DNA from: Escherichia coli
GTDB lineage: Bacteria; Pseudomonadota; Gammaproteobacteria; Enterobacterales; Enterobacteriaceae
Reading direction: 5' to 3' (one strand)
Assembly (NCBI RefSeq): GCF_044647545.1
Contig: NZ_CP172818.1
Length of the DNA stretch: 64,000 nt
The notes under the pieces were generated by a model. That model searched no databases. It saw only the letters and a program-made list of their open reading frames with translations, and had not been told where the DNA came from. The translations under genes and the position numbers were made by a program. Positions 32,267 through 42,493 of the stretch are shown one piece after another. Every line of letters starts with the position of its first letter. The first letter of the stretch is position 1.

Positions 32267-33649
32267 CTAAAGACTGGCTTTCCAGAGTTCAACACGGTTT
32301 CTACCTCGTCTTTTGGCGATATACAGAGCTTCATCGGCTATTTGAATGAGGCGCTCATAGTCAGGATGACCATTAAACATGGCGGCACCGATGGAAAGTG
32401 AGAGGGCAATATCCTCGCCGTTTGCGGCTTTCAGTTTGGTTTTCTCCACCCGACTGCGAATACGTTCTGCGGTACGTAACGTTTCGTTTTCCGAAGCTTC
32501 AGTCAAAACAATGATAAATTCATCGCCACCGTAGCGGAAAACATAATCACTACTGCGGACGTTGTCATAAAAGGCCTGAGAGACTTTACGCAGAATTTCA
32601 TCGCCAGTGTTATGGCCCCACGTATCGTTGATCTCTTTGAATTTATCAACGTCAATAATCAGCACTGACAGCGGTGTACCGGTCCGGTTGGCATGGGCAA
32701 TTTCGCGTTTGAAGATCGTCGGCAGGAAACGACGGTTAAGTAATTTCGTCAGGACATCCATACCGACTTCGTGGCGCGATACTTCTTCAAACAATTCACG
32801 CAGCAAGGTAATAATTTGCGATACGGTATTTCTTATCTGTAATAAAAATTTCACCCGTAAACTTCTGTTATTCAAATTCCTGGTGTTACGCATGGTTTGA
32901 TTGAAAATACCGTCGAAATCCTGAATCAGACGGGAGATATGGCCCACTTCGGCAATGCCGCTAAAATAATGTCGACCTTTATGGTTAAACCACAGGCCAA
33001 AATCAGCCTGGCTTAAAGGCAAACTACTGCCTAAATCAGAATCCAGCAGGACTTTATAGATAATATCTATTTCCCATGAAAGTATTGAGGCTATTTGCCG
33101 TTCTTTTTCTTCTTCGGCATTTTCCAGTAACGAGAAGATACGATAGTTTTCATCTTCCTTTGAGGCACTACTGTCACTAAAGGTAAACGCGCGGGTCATC
33201 ACTTCCATAGCGATATCAATACTGTTAATAGAGAAATGGTAGACCTGAAGTTTTTCTGCGGCGGAATAATCCGAAGAGAAGATGACCGGATAGAGGATTT
33301 TTTTCAGCACCCGAAACCCCATCTCGACAATTTCTACCGGAATTCCTATGCGGGCATGCACTTCCGCGACGGTATGCTGGATTTGTATTAGCCTTTCGAC
33401 ATCGTCAACCTGGGCAGAAAGCACGTTAATAATCCAGCGTTCCATCGCACTTTTCAACTGCCGCTCAACTTGTTCATTACTCAAGAATTCTTCGGCATGT
33501 GGGTCGATACGGACAATTCGATAAAACTCAATACTCAGATAATGAGCATGCGCAACGGCAATTTCCGCGGCTTTAGCACGAATGAGCGGATCTGCTTGTT
33601 CGACAAGCCCGGTCCACTCATCTTTCATTCTTTTAAAATACATCTCCAT
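32267..33649 (-). CDS. dosC: oxygen-sensing diguanylate cyclase (globin-coupled sensor, GGDEF)
   Basis: 460-aa ORF with a RYGGDEF motif; 24 nt upstream of dosP. Confidence 0.92.
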   Translation of the reverse strand: MEMYFKRMKDEWTGLVEQADPLIRAKAAEIAVAHAHYLSIEFYRIVRIDPHAEEFLSNEQVERQLKSAMERWIINVLSAQVDDVERLIQIQHTVAEVHARIGIPVEIVEMGFRVLKKILYPVIFSSDYSAAEKLQVYHFSINSIDIAMEVMTRAFTFSDSSASKEDENYRIFSLLENAEEEKERQIASILSWEIDIIYKVLLDSDLGSSLPLSQADFGLWFNHKGRHYFSGIAEVGHISRLIQDFDGIFNQTMRNTRNLNNRSLRVKFLLQIRNTVSQIITLLRELFEEVSRHEVGMDVLTKLLNRRFLPTIFKREIAHANRTGTPLSVLIIDVDKFKEINDTWGHNTGDEILRKVSQAFYDNVRSSDYVFRYGGDEFIIVLTEASENETLRTAERIRSRVEKTKLKAANGEDIALSLSIGAAMFNGHPDYERLIQIADEALYIAKRRGRNRVELWKASL

Positions 33650-34024
33650 AATTCACACCCTTATAAGGCTGGGAAAGCAGACGGAATCAAAACGAAACGC
33701 AACGTGCGAGATCGACTAACTGCACCATACTCTCCTGAAATATGAAGATATACTGAAAACAAATAAGCGACTTAGGACAGTTTCAATCTACGCTACTGTT
33801 CTTCAGAAGAGTATAGCCCATCGTAATTATTTTTCGGTGACAGCGAATATCGTATGTTTTTTCATGTTCATACATTTTTATTAGGGGATTTATGACTGTT
33901 TAACTAAGTGTGGTTAATTGCGTAGTTAATTTGACTTAAGTAAGCATGATTACTAGTGGGATATTTCAAGAGGGTAACAAGCCGGGGGGAAAGCACCGGC
34001 TTGTTACAAAGTAAGAATGGGAGT

Positions 34025-35344
34025 TTAACTGCCCCAACGACTTTGCAGATAGCTGACCGCTTGTTGAGTCTGTGGCTTATTCAGATAGTCCTCACGGAAC
34101 AAGATTGTGCCGCTAATTTCTGGCACGGCATCGTTAAGATCGAGCTGCTTTTTCAGTTCCGGTACGCCGCCGTTAATCATCCAGTCTGGCTCTATCTTTG
34201 AAGGTTCACCCACTTTATAGAAGGCGATACCGATATACAGGCGGGTCCTGGTCGGTTTAACGACATCCGCCCACCATTTTGCCAACACGTCATAACGTGC
34301 GGCACTCCGTGAGAACGGCCAGTAAATTTGGGGAGCAATGTAATCCAGCAACCCTTGTTCCACCCATCGACGGGTATCAGCGTAGGATTCGTCATAGGCT
34401 GCCGCGCCTCGGGTATCGGAACCGAGCGGATCGTGTGATCGGTTACGCCACACGCCTGCCGGGCTAACGCCAAATTCGACTTCCGGCTTAATGCTTTTAA
34501 TGGTGTGCGATACCTTCGCAATTAACTGCTGAGTATTGTTGCGCCGCCAGTCTGCTTTTGACGCAAATGCGCCGCCGTATTTGCGGTACGTTTCGTTATC
34601 ATTTAGCCGTGAAGCTGGTGACTCAGTATAGAAATAGTCGTCAAACTGCACGCCATCTACCGGATAGCGGGAAACCACTTCTGCGACTATTGATGTGATC
34701 CAGTCCTGAACCTCAGGGATGCCCGGGTCGAGGACAAAGCGATCGCCGGACGTTCTGATCCAGTCGCGGTGTTGCACATAGACGCTGGCCGGTTGTTGAG
34801 ACAGGGTGCTATTCAGTTCCCTGATAGTACCGGGCTTCGTATTAACCGATACGCGATAGGGGTTAAACCATGCGTGTACTTTCATCCCACGCTTGTGGGC
34901 TTCGTCGAGCATGAATTGCAGCGGATCGTAACCCGGATTTTCACCAATCTTACCGGTCATAAGATCGGACCACGGCAAAATTTTCGATGGCCACAGGGCG
35001 GTACCATCCGGCTTGACCTGAAAAAAGACCGTGTTTATGCCGAGACGTTGCAGATGATCCAGTTTGTCGATCATCGCCTGTTGTTGTACACGGGCCCGGC
35101 TGGTGGGGTTACTAATGTTAACCGAGGAAAGCGGTGGCCAGTCGAGGCGAGACACCGTGGCCAGCCAGATGCCACGCATCGGTTGTGACGATTGTTGCGT
35201 CGTGGCTGGTGGCTTTGAACCCGCTGGTGGTGTCACCATGGACTCTGGAGGCGTGCTTTTACAACTACACAGTAAAAGTGCCAGTGCAACCAGTATCGCT
35301 GGTCTTCTAATCGCTAATTTCTCGTTTCGGGAGCAGATATCCAT
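34025..35344 (-). CDS. yddW: glycoside-hydrolase-like lipoprotein YddW
   Basis: 439-aa ORF with a lipoprotein signal (LALLLCSC), K-12 synteny. Confidence 0.85.
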   Translation of the reverse strand: MDICSRNEKLAIRRPAILVALALLLCSCKSTPPESMVTPPAGSKPPATTQQSSQPMRGIWLATVSRLDWPPLSSVNISNPTSRARVQQQAMIDKLDHLQRLGINTVFFQVKPDGTALWPSKILPWSDLMTGKIGENPGYDPLQFMLDEAHKRGMKVHAWFNPYRVSVNTKPGTIRELNSTLSQQPASVYVQHRDWIRTSGDRFVLDPGIPEVQDWITSIVAEVVSRYPVDGVQFDDYFYTESPASRLNDNETYRKYGGAFASKADWRRNNTQQLIAKVSHTIKSIKPEVEFGVSPAGVWRNRSHDPLGSDTRGAAAYDESYADTRRWVEQGLLDYIAPQIYWPFSRSAARYDVLAKWWADVVKPTRTRLYIGIAFYKVGEPSKIEPDWMINGGVPELKKQLDLNDAVPEISGTILFREDYLNKPQTQQAVSYLQSRWGS

Positions 35345-35420
35345 ATGTGCTGGTTTCCGGTAAACAGATGTGCGCTCATTCTCGTACTTATCCCGGTTAA
35401 GTCAATACGACAGCAAGCAC

Positions 35421-35450
35421 GAAAAAGGGAGCGATGAATTATCGCTCCCT
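35421..35450 (-). terminator. rho-independent terminator of gadBC
   Basis: Minus-strand RNA forms agggagcgat-aattc-atcgctccct followed by ttttc, directly 3' of gadC. Confidence 0.7.
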
Positions 35451-35474
35451 TATCTTATAACCATTCAGACATGG

Positions 35475-37010
35475 TTAGTGTTTCTTGTCATTCATCACAA
35501 TATAGTGTGGTGAACGTGCACGCGGGTGCAGGAAGAAGTGACCTTTTGGTGCGTTCTGACTGTTGATTGGCTCCAGAGTAACGCCGGTATTCCCTTTGCC
35601 TTTACGATCATGAACAGCATAGAGAATAAAGGGCAGGGCAAGTACCACCAGGAAACTCACGACCAGTAATTCAACATACATATCAGTAGAGTCACCCTGG
35701 ATGTTATCCGGCGGCAGGAAGGAAACAATAAACGCCATAATTGAAGTCAGCAGACCGACAATAGCCACGACCAGTTTCACCCCTTTACCACCAGGGATAT
35801 TAAATGTGCGTTTTAAGTCAGGATGTTTAAGAACCAACACAATGTAGCCAATAAACAGCATGAAATAAGCACACAGATAAATCACCACCGTCAGCGCCAG
35901 TGCGATCAGGAAGGACATGTTGTTACCGCCACCGGTATTGGTGAGGATGATCAACGCGATAGAAGTAATCACCAACTGCGAAATGACCAGCGTTACCGGT
36001 ACGCCATTTTTGTTCATTTTAGCGAATGCCGCTGGCAGCAGGTTTTTCTGCGCTGTGACATACATCCCGCGAGAAGGACCAACAATCCAGGAAGCGATTT
36101 CCGCCAGAACACCCAGCAACAGCAGTGCGGAGATCACGCGAACCGTCCACTCAATTTCCGGTGCCACATGTGACATCAGAACGGTAAAGGTTTGCATTAC
36201 CCCTGCGGAGAGGTTGATTTCATTACCCGGAATGACCATCGCAATAGACAAACCGCCAACAGAGCTTAAGCAGATTGCCGCCACCATCAGCAGTAACATA
36301 GCCAGTGGATAGTCGCGCCCGGGGTTGCTCATTTCATTGACGTGGGTTGCGGAAGCTTCAACGCCCATATAACTCAAAATGAAGGCAACAAATACAACCA
36401 GAGTGCCCACTTTAGAGAAGTCAGGGAAGAAGGTCTTCGCATCCATTTCGATAGCAACGGGGGCACCGGAGTGCAGATAAATAGCCGCTAATGCGATCAA
36501 AATAAATGCAGGTAACAGGATACCGGCGAAGAAGCCAACTTTAGCAATTCGCGCCGTGTATTTCGTGCCACCAAACTGCGTTAATGCCAGCGCCCAAAGA
36601 ATGATGAGTGCTGCAATAGTTTTGGTAATGGGGTCTTCATTCAGCGCTGGCCATTTCAGGATGTAGGAGAGTGCCCCTAACACGAAATAGAGCATCGGAA
36701 TAAAACCAATGGCGATTTGCAGATAGCCAAATGAGATCGCTGCAAATCCCCATCTCGGCCCCAGAGTATTTGATACCCAGGCGAAGACGCCACCTTCTTC
36801 CCAGCCGTCGACGGTAGCCATTTCCGCAGCACAAAGTCCCACGGGAATAAACCATAAAATCCCGCCTAATAGCAGGAAGAAGACTAATGAAAAGCCCGAT
36901 GTTGCGAAGGTAGGGTATTCATAAACAGCCATTACCATCGATGCCGTTATGGCAAAGAATCCGAGTAATGTGAGCTGCTTAGCTTTACCTGTCTGTACTG
37001 ATGTAGCCAT
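35475..37010 (-). CDS. gadC: glutamate:GABA antiporter
   Basis: 511-aa APC-family transporter ORF. Confidence 0.95.
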   Translation of the reverse strand: MATSVQTGKAKQLTLLGFFAITASMVMAVYEYPTFATSGFSLVFFLLLGGILWFIPVGLCAAEMATVDGWEEGGVFAWVSNTLGPRWGFAAISFGYLQIAIGFIPMLYFVLGALSYILKWPALNEDPITKTIAALIILWALALTQFGGTKYTARIAKVGFFAGILLPAFILIALAAIYLHSGAPVAIEMDAKTFFPDFSKVGTLVVFVAFILSYMGVEASATHVNEMSNPGRDYPLAMLLLMVAAICLSSVGGLSIAMVIPGNEINLSAGVMQTFTVLMSHVAPEIEWTVRVISALLLLGVLAEIASWIVGPSRGMYVTAQKNLLPAAFAKMNKNGVPVTLVISQLVITSIALIILTNTGGGNNMSFLIALALTVVIYLCAYFMLFIGYIVLVLKHPDLKRTFNIPGGKGVKLVVAIVGLLTSIMAFIVSFLPPDNIQGDSTDMYVELLVVSFLVVLALPFILYAVHDRKGKGNTGVTLEPINSQNAPKGHFFLHPRARSPHYIVMNDKKH

Positions 37011-37165
37011 ATTATCCCCCTAAAACGGTATTCCTGTCGGAACCGCACCTGTTTTGTTCTGAAGCGTATTCAGAACAATATTTTCCGTTGCTAATGCCAG
37101 TGAACAGACTTTGGAAATTGTCCCGAAACGGGTGTGTTTCGGGACACCGTTACCGTTAAACGTTA

Positions 37166-38566
37166 TCAGGTATGTTTAAAGCTGTTCTGCTGGGCAATAC
37201 CCTGCAGTTTCGGGTGATCGCTGAGATATTTCAGGGAGGCTTTGTAGTCTTCCAGCAACAGTTCAGCAAAGTCCATTTCGAAGCCGCGACGACACATAAT
37301 GCGCATCACCACGATGTCAGTGGCTTCACCGCCGAGAGTGAAGGCCGGAACCTGCCAGCCGCGCAGACGCAGACGTTCAGAGAGGTCGTAGAGGGTGTAT
37401 CCCGGATCTTCACCATCTTTCAGTTTGAAGCAAACCGCTGGGATGCCTTCGTCCGGGCGACCGGTACAGATGAACTCATACGGCCCCAGTTTGGCGATTT
37501 CATCCGCCAGATAGGCAGCAACCTGGTAGGAAGCGTTCTGTACTTTGGTATAGCCTTCACGACCGAGGCGCAGGAATTCATAGTACTGTGCAATCACCTG
37601 ACCCGCCGGGCGGGAGAAGTTGATGGCGAAAGTCCCAATCTGACCACCGAGATAGTCAACGTTGAACACCAGTTCCTGCGGCAGCGCTTCTTCATCACGC
37701 CAGATAACCCAGCCGCAGCCTAGCGGAGCCAGACCGAATTTATGGCCTGAAGCACTGATCGATTTCACACGCGGCAGGCGGAAGTCCCAGACGATATCCG
37801 GGGCGACGAACGGTGCCAGGAAGCCACCGCTGGCGGCGTCGATGTGCATGTCGATGTCGATACCGGTGTCGGCCTGGAATTTATCCAGCGCATCGTGCAG
37901 CGGCTGCGGGAACTCATAGTTACCGGTATAGGTCACGCCGAAAGTCGGCACCACGCCGATGGTATTTTCGTCGCAGGCTTCAATCATGCGTTTCGGGTCC
38001 ATAAACAACTGACCGGGGCGCATAGGGATCTCACGCAACTCCACATCCCAGTAGCGGGCGAATTTATGCCAGCAGATTTGTACCGGACCGCACACCAGGT
38101 TTGGTTTATCCGTTGGCTTACCTGCAGCTTCCATACGCTTGCGCCAACGCCATTTCATCGCCATCCCGCCAAGCATACAGGCCTCGGAAGAACCAATGGT
38201 GTTGGTGCCAACGGCCTGACCATTTTTCGGTGCAGGCGCATGCCACAGATCGGCAACCATGTTTACGCAACGCAGGTCGATGGCTGCAGATTGCGGATAT
38301 TCTTCTTTGTCGATCCAGTTTTTGTTAATGGATAAATCCATCAACTTGTGGACATTTTCGTCGTCCCAGGTCTGGCAGAAAGTGGCCAGGTTCTGACGAG
38401 CGTTGCCATCAAGATATAATTCGTCATTGATAATCTGAAATGCGACATCGTCGCGCATTTCGTGCAGCGGAAAACGTTTTGATTCTGCGATAGTGGAAAT
38501 AGACTTTGCACCAAAACGTGAATCGAGTAGTTCCGACCTTAAATCCGTTACTTGCTTCTTATCCAT
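37166..38566 (-). CDS. gadB: glutamate decarboxylase B (PLP-dependent)
   Basis: Trimmed to [21 protein letters not shown] (ATG at 38566-38564), 466 aa. Confidence 0.95.
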   Translation of the reverse strand: MDKKQVTDLRSELLDSRFGAKSISTIAESKRFPLHEMRDDVAFQIINDELYLDGNARQNLATFCQTWDDENVHKLMDLSINKNWIDKEEYPQSAAIDLRCVNMVADLWHAPAPKNGQAVGTNTIGSSEACMLGGMAMKWRWRKRMEAAGKPTDKPNLVCGPVQICWHKFARYWDVELREIPMRPGQLFMDPKRMIEACDENTIGVVPTFGVTYTGNYEFPQPLHDALDKFQADTGIDIDMHIDAASGGFLAPFVAPDIVWDFRLPRVKSISASGHKFGLAPLGCGWVIWRDEEALPQELVFNVDYLGGQIGTFAINFSRPAGQVIAQYYEFLRLGREGYTKVQNASYQVAAYLADEIAKLGPYEFICTGRPDEGIPAVCFKLKDGEDPGYTLYDLSERLRLRGWQVPAFTLGGEATDIVVMRIMCRRGFEMDFAELLLEDYKASLKYLSDHPKLQGIAQQNSFKHT

Positions 38567-38645
38567 TTTAAACTCCTTAAAATGATTGGATCGCATTAAA
38601 AAAGTAGGATTTATCGATAAAGTAAGCAAGTGCAAAGGACTCGTG

Positions 38646-38665
38646 TTTAAATAACAAAATCCTAA
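38646..38665 (-). promoter_or_regulatory. GAD box (GadE/GadX-RcsB binding site) upstream of gadB
   Basis: Plus-strand tttaaataacaaaatcctaa is the reverse complement of TTAGGATTTTGTTATTTAAA, an exact 20/20 match to the GAD box as I recall it, about 80-100 nt upstream of the gadB ATG. Confidence 0.8.
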
Positions 38666-38995
38666 TGTTATTTATCGTGAGATATTGCGTGAATAATATT
38701 TTTTCATTGAAAAACAATATAGTAGGGAGCTATTGGGTGGTGGCAAGGTGTTTTATGCTGTTATTTTTATGTGCATTCTGTGCCTCCTGAATTATCACGT
38801 AAAAATCAGACCTTAAAATATCATTATTAGTACGCGGTTATTTACTTTGAACGCATTTATAAAATTATTACATAAAAATAGCGAATATTGCTAAAATCCC
38901 CGCCAACGATGTGTTGACGGGGCTGTGATTATTTTGGCAATAATACCCCGGCATAAGTATTTACCGGATGAGAAAGATATTGTTTAACGCGTTAA

Positions 38996-39379
<384 letters not shown>

Positions 39380-41203
39380 AAACCGAGTAATAATGGGATA
39401 TAAGGTAATGGTGAAAAAAGGATAAACGAAAAATAAGAAAGTCTATGTATGAATACGCGCTGGAACCCATGCGGTGGCCTGCCTGCAATTTGCTAAATGT
39501 TGGCTTCAGTTAACTTTATCGTTGAGTAGATAATGTAATTGTCTTGGATAGAAAAATGTGATGTAAATGTCTATATTAAAAAGATTTTAGGATGAAAATA
39601 AACTTGATGATTAAAAAAGGCTAAAAGTAAACTAGAATGAAAATTACCAATGTAACATATAAAAATGGTGAATAAACTGATAAGGTGGGAGGAAGAAAAA
39701 TAATGATAGGAATGTGCTATTCATAAATAATATCGGGTCGGTGAGAATTGATAAATTATATGTATCCGATAGATAAAAAATGATAAACTAAGAGGGTAAT
39801 GGAATTAGTATAATGAGGTAAGTAAAATAATTGATATGATCAGAGTGATGGCTGCTATCATGAAAAGTAGTTACTGAATTATGGTCTGTAAGGTATGTAG
39901 CTCTGGGGGCATAAATTAAATAAAAGAAACTATGTTCTGAGAAAAGAAATTATTATTAATAAAATGCATTGTGTAATGATAAAAATAGTTTTTGGCCTGC
40001 ATAGCGTTGTTGATAGTGAATAATTTAGGAAAAAATAGGCCAGCAGAGTGGGTTCCCTGGTCGCGCTGTCTTTGTTTGATGAACTCTTTCAGAGTGCTGT
40101 CATCATCATTTTTCATGAGTAAACTGCGACTCTTTTCAAGGTAAAAACAGTAATCAATTTGAGATTAATTGAAAACTGGAGGGCTGGCTCCTGCATTCTG
40201 CTCCTGCCGGGCTTTTTGATTTGTTAATTTTGATTTATTGTAGGGTGGCTGGCTGCTGTGATAAACTCTTTAAGCTTGCATCTTTTAACGACCTGCGGAT
40301 TGGGGGGCAAGGTTATTTTTGCTTAGATCGTGTTGTAGATAACTGATGTTTTCTACTGTATAGAAAGGAATAATCGTTTTACGTATAGAATTGGCTTAAG
40401 TCTGTGTTGGGGTTATGCGGGTAATTTGACTGATGGGAAAAATTTGGGTAATTTCAGAATGGAATATTTCTGTAAACAGTGAGAATAAGAGGTTATCAGG
40501 TAGATTTTTATGTGGCTGCTTTTTTATCTGCAACAGGGCAGCAAGGAAACGCCATCAGCTTAAGGTCTTTGGAATGCTGATATGGCTGATAAGAGCTGTA
40601 GGTAAAATCATTGGGAAATAGCTGTATAATTACGGGTGAAGTCACAATAAAATTGGGGTGTGAGTGCGGATAGGTCTGACTTTAAGCCTGCCGAGCGGCA
40701 AGGACATCGATAACGCACATTATGGAGGTAAAGAGAATAATTGTATGATACTGTCCGTCAGTTGTCGAGAATGCGTAACCTGATAAGAATAGGAAGCGTA
40801 GTAGTTACTTACTCAGATAATGCTTTGATTGATCAGGTGAGGATTATTTGGCAGGTCGGAGCTTTAAGCAGGTAGCTTGGCTGGTGTGTGGCGATAGTGT
40901 TGGTGTGCGTGGGGTTGAAGTTGGGTGCCTTGGGGTGTGTTGGTGGGGGTGTCTTGGAAGTAAGAGAGAAAAAGTGGGTGAGTGAAGTAGTAAAAGAGAA
41001 GAGAAGAAGGGAAAAAGTAAAGGTTAAGTAATTGAAAAAATGAATAAAATGAGAAAATGGAATTGAGATAAAATAATATGAAAGGTTATGAAATGATAAA
41101 TATGTGATGAATGTATTATTTATTAATAAATATATCGCCTAAAAACAACGCGGGGCAGGGAATGACTGCATTTAATTTTTAGTAGGGTGCGTGGTGACTC
41201 TCG
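39380..41203. other. ORF-free block with strong strand asymmetry (C-depleted, A/G/T-rich on the plus strand); nature unknown
   Basis: No ORF of 70 aa or more on either strand in about 1.8 kb; positions 40981-41100 contain no C at all. Confidence 0.9.
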
Positions 41204-41974
41204 TTAGCAAATAATCAATCCTAAAGCACTCATCGTGTTGTCCGTGTTCATACCGGTGTGCCTTTGACAACGGTACTCCTTAGAAACTCTCTTTGGACTG
41301 TTGCCGAAATGTTTGCGGAACGCATAAATAAAATAAGATGTACTCGCATAACCACATTGTTCGGCAATTTTATTGACTGAACCTTCTACGCGTATCAAAT
41401 TTTTTGCGTGCTGCATTCTGGCATCTAAAAGAATCTGTGAGAATGTCGTTTGCTCTTGCTTTAGTTTTTTCTTCAACAGGCTTTCACTGATGTACAGGCA
41501 GTCACAAATATCTTTCAGCTTCCATGGGTGCGCCAGCTTCATGTTGACAATATTTCTCACTTTCCCGGAAACGGATAGCACACCGTTAGTTAATAGTGTA
41601 ATGAAACCTTTGCATGCGGCAAAAATAGACAGGCAAGAAAAAAGCAAAAGTTCTGAAAAATTATGATGATTGCGTTCTTCCGAGTTGAGATAAGCAATCA
41701 TTTCATTAAGCAATCCAGTCGGTACATTTGAAGCACGTAAAAACTTCGCAGGAACAGGCACCGTCACTGTCTGAATGTTAGTGCATTGTAGATATTTTTT
41801 AATGGTATTTTCATTAAATCCGATTTCTTTGAAATGCCGCTCATAAGGTTCAAAATGCGTACGAACAGCGTTATCTACCATCAGGATCTCGCCGTCAGAG
41901 AAGGCGTAATCTTTATCTAAAATGTTAGCGTTGAAGGCATGATGAATAAATATAACAGAACAAACGAGCGACAT
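41204..41974 (-). CDS. ydeO: AraC-family acid-resistance regulator
   Basis: 256-aa ORF with a C-terminal AraC-type HTH; immediately downstream of safA. Confidence 0.9.
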   Translation of the reverse strand: MSLVCSVIFIHHAFNANILDKDYAFSDGEILMVDNAVRTHFEPYERHFKEIGFNENTIKKYLQCTNIQTVTVPVPAKFLRASNVPTGLLNEMIAYLNSEERNHHNFSELLLFSCLSIFAACKGFITLLTNGVLSVSGKVRNIVNMKLAHPWKLKDICDCLYISESLLKKKLKQEQTTFSQILLDARMQHAKNLIRVEGSVNKIAEQCGYASTSYFIYAFRKHFGNSPKRVSKEYRCQRHTGMNTDNTMSALGLIIC

Positions 41975-42048
41975 TTTATCTCCTTAAAACAATAAAGTTT
42001 TTATCGATACTTTTTTAACATTTCATATTTATAATTTGCTGTTTATTT

Positions 42049-42246
42049 TCAGTCTTGCAAACTATTGATAATGAAATGTGTAAGATCTCTTGCAATGCGA
42101 CCCATTTCTGAAATACCCAGCTGATCAATTGCCGAAAAAATGGCTATCAACGTAAGTGTCAGTAATAAGACAACCACAATTACAGACATGATTTCTTTAT
42201 AGTTGTCTCTTTGCGTGATTTTGTTTTTCACTGTGGTCGCATGCAT
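42049..42246 (-). CDS. safA: small membrane protein, PhoQ-activating connector SafA
   Basis: 65-aa ORF with a single transmembrane helix. Confidence 0.88.
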   Translation of the reverse strand: MHATTVKNKITQRDNYKEIMSVIVVVLLLTLTLIAIFSAIDQLGISEMGRIARDLTHFIINSLQD

Positions 42247-42357
42247 TTCAAATATGTTTATTTAGCGGATAACGTTAAAAATCGTTAATCAGTATGCTTA
42301 ATATAACAGGCTGGAAAAAAGAGGAAATAGGACTGGTGCTTCAGTACTGAGCGGAGT

Positions 42358-42378
42358 TTCTTACAGCTGTAGGCAGAA
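42358..42378. promoter_or_regulatory. EvgA-box-like inverted repeat upstream of safA-ydeO
   Basis: ttcttacagctgtaggcagaa; near-identical to the motif at 45022-45041 upstream of ydeP. Confidence 0.6.
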
Positions 42379-42493
42379 GTTTATATCTTATAGTATGTAG
42401 TCTAATTTAATCCATGTGAGCAAATTGCGCGATAATAGTCAATGAGGAATTCTTCTGCTGTGCGGATGACAGCAGAAGAAATGAGAAGAGGCA

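Noticed and set aside
39916-40116. 66-aa minus-strand ORF inside the aberrant block
   Set aside because: No RBS, low-complexity composition, and the surrounding sequence is of doubtful authenticity.
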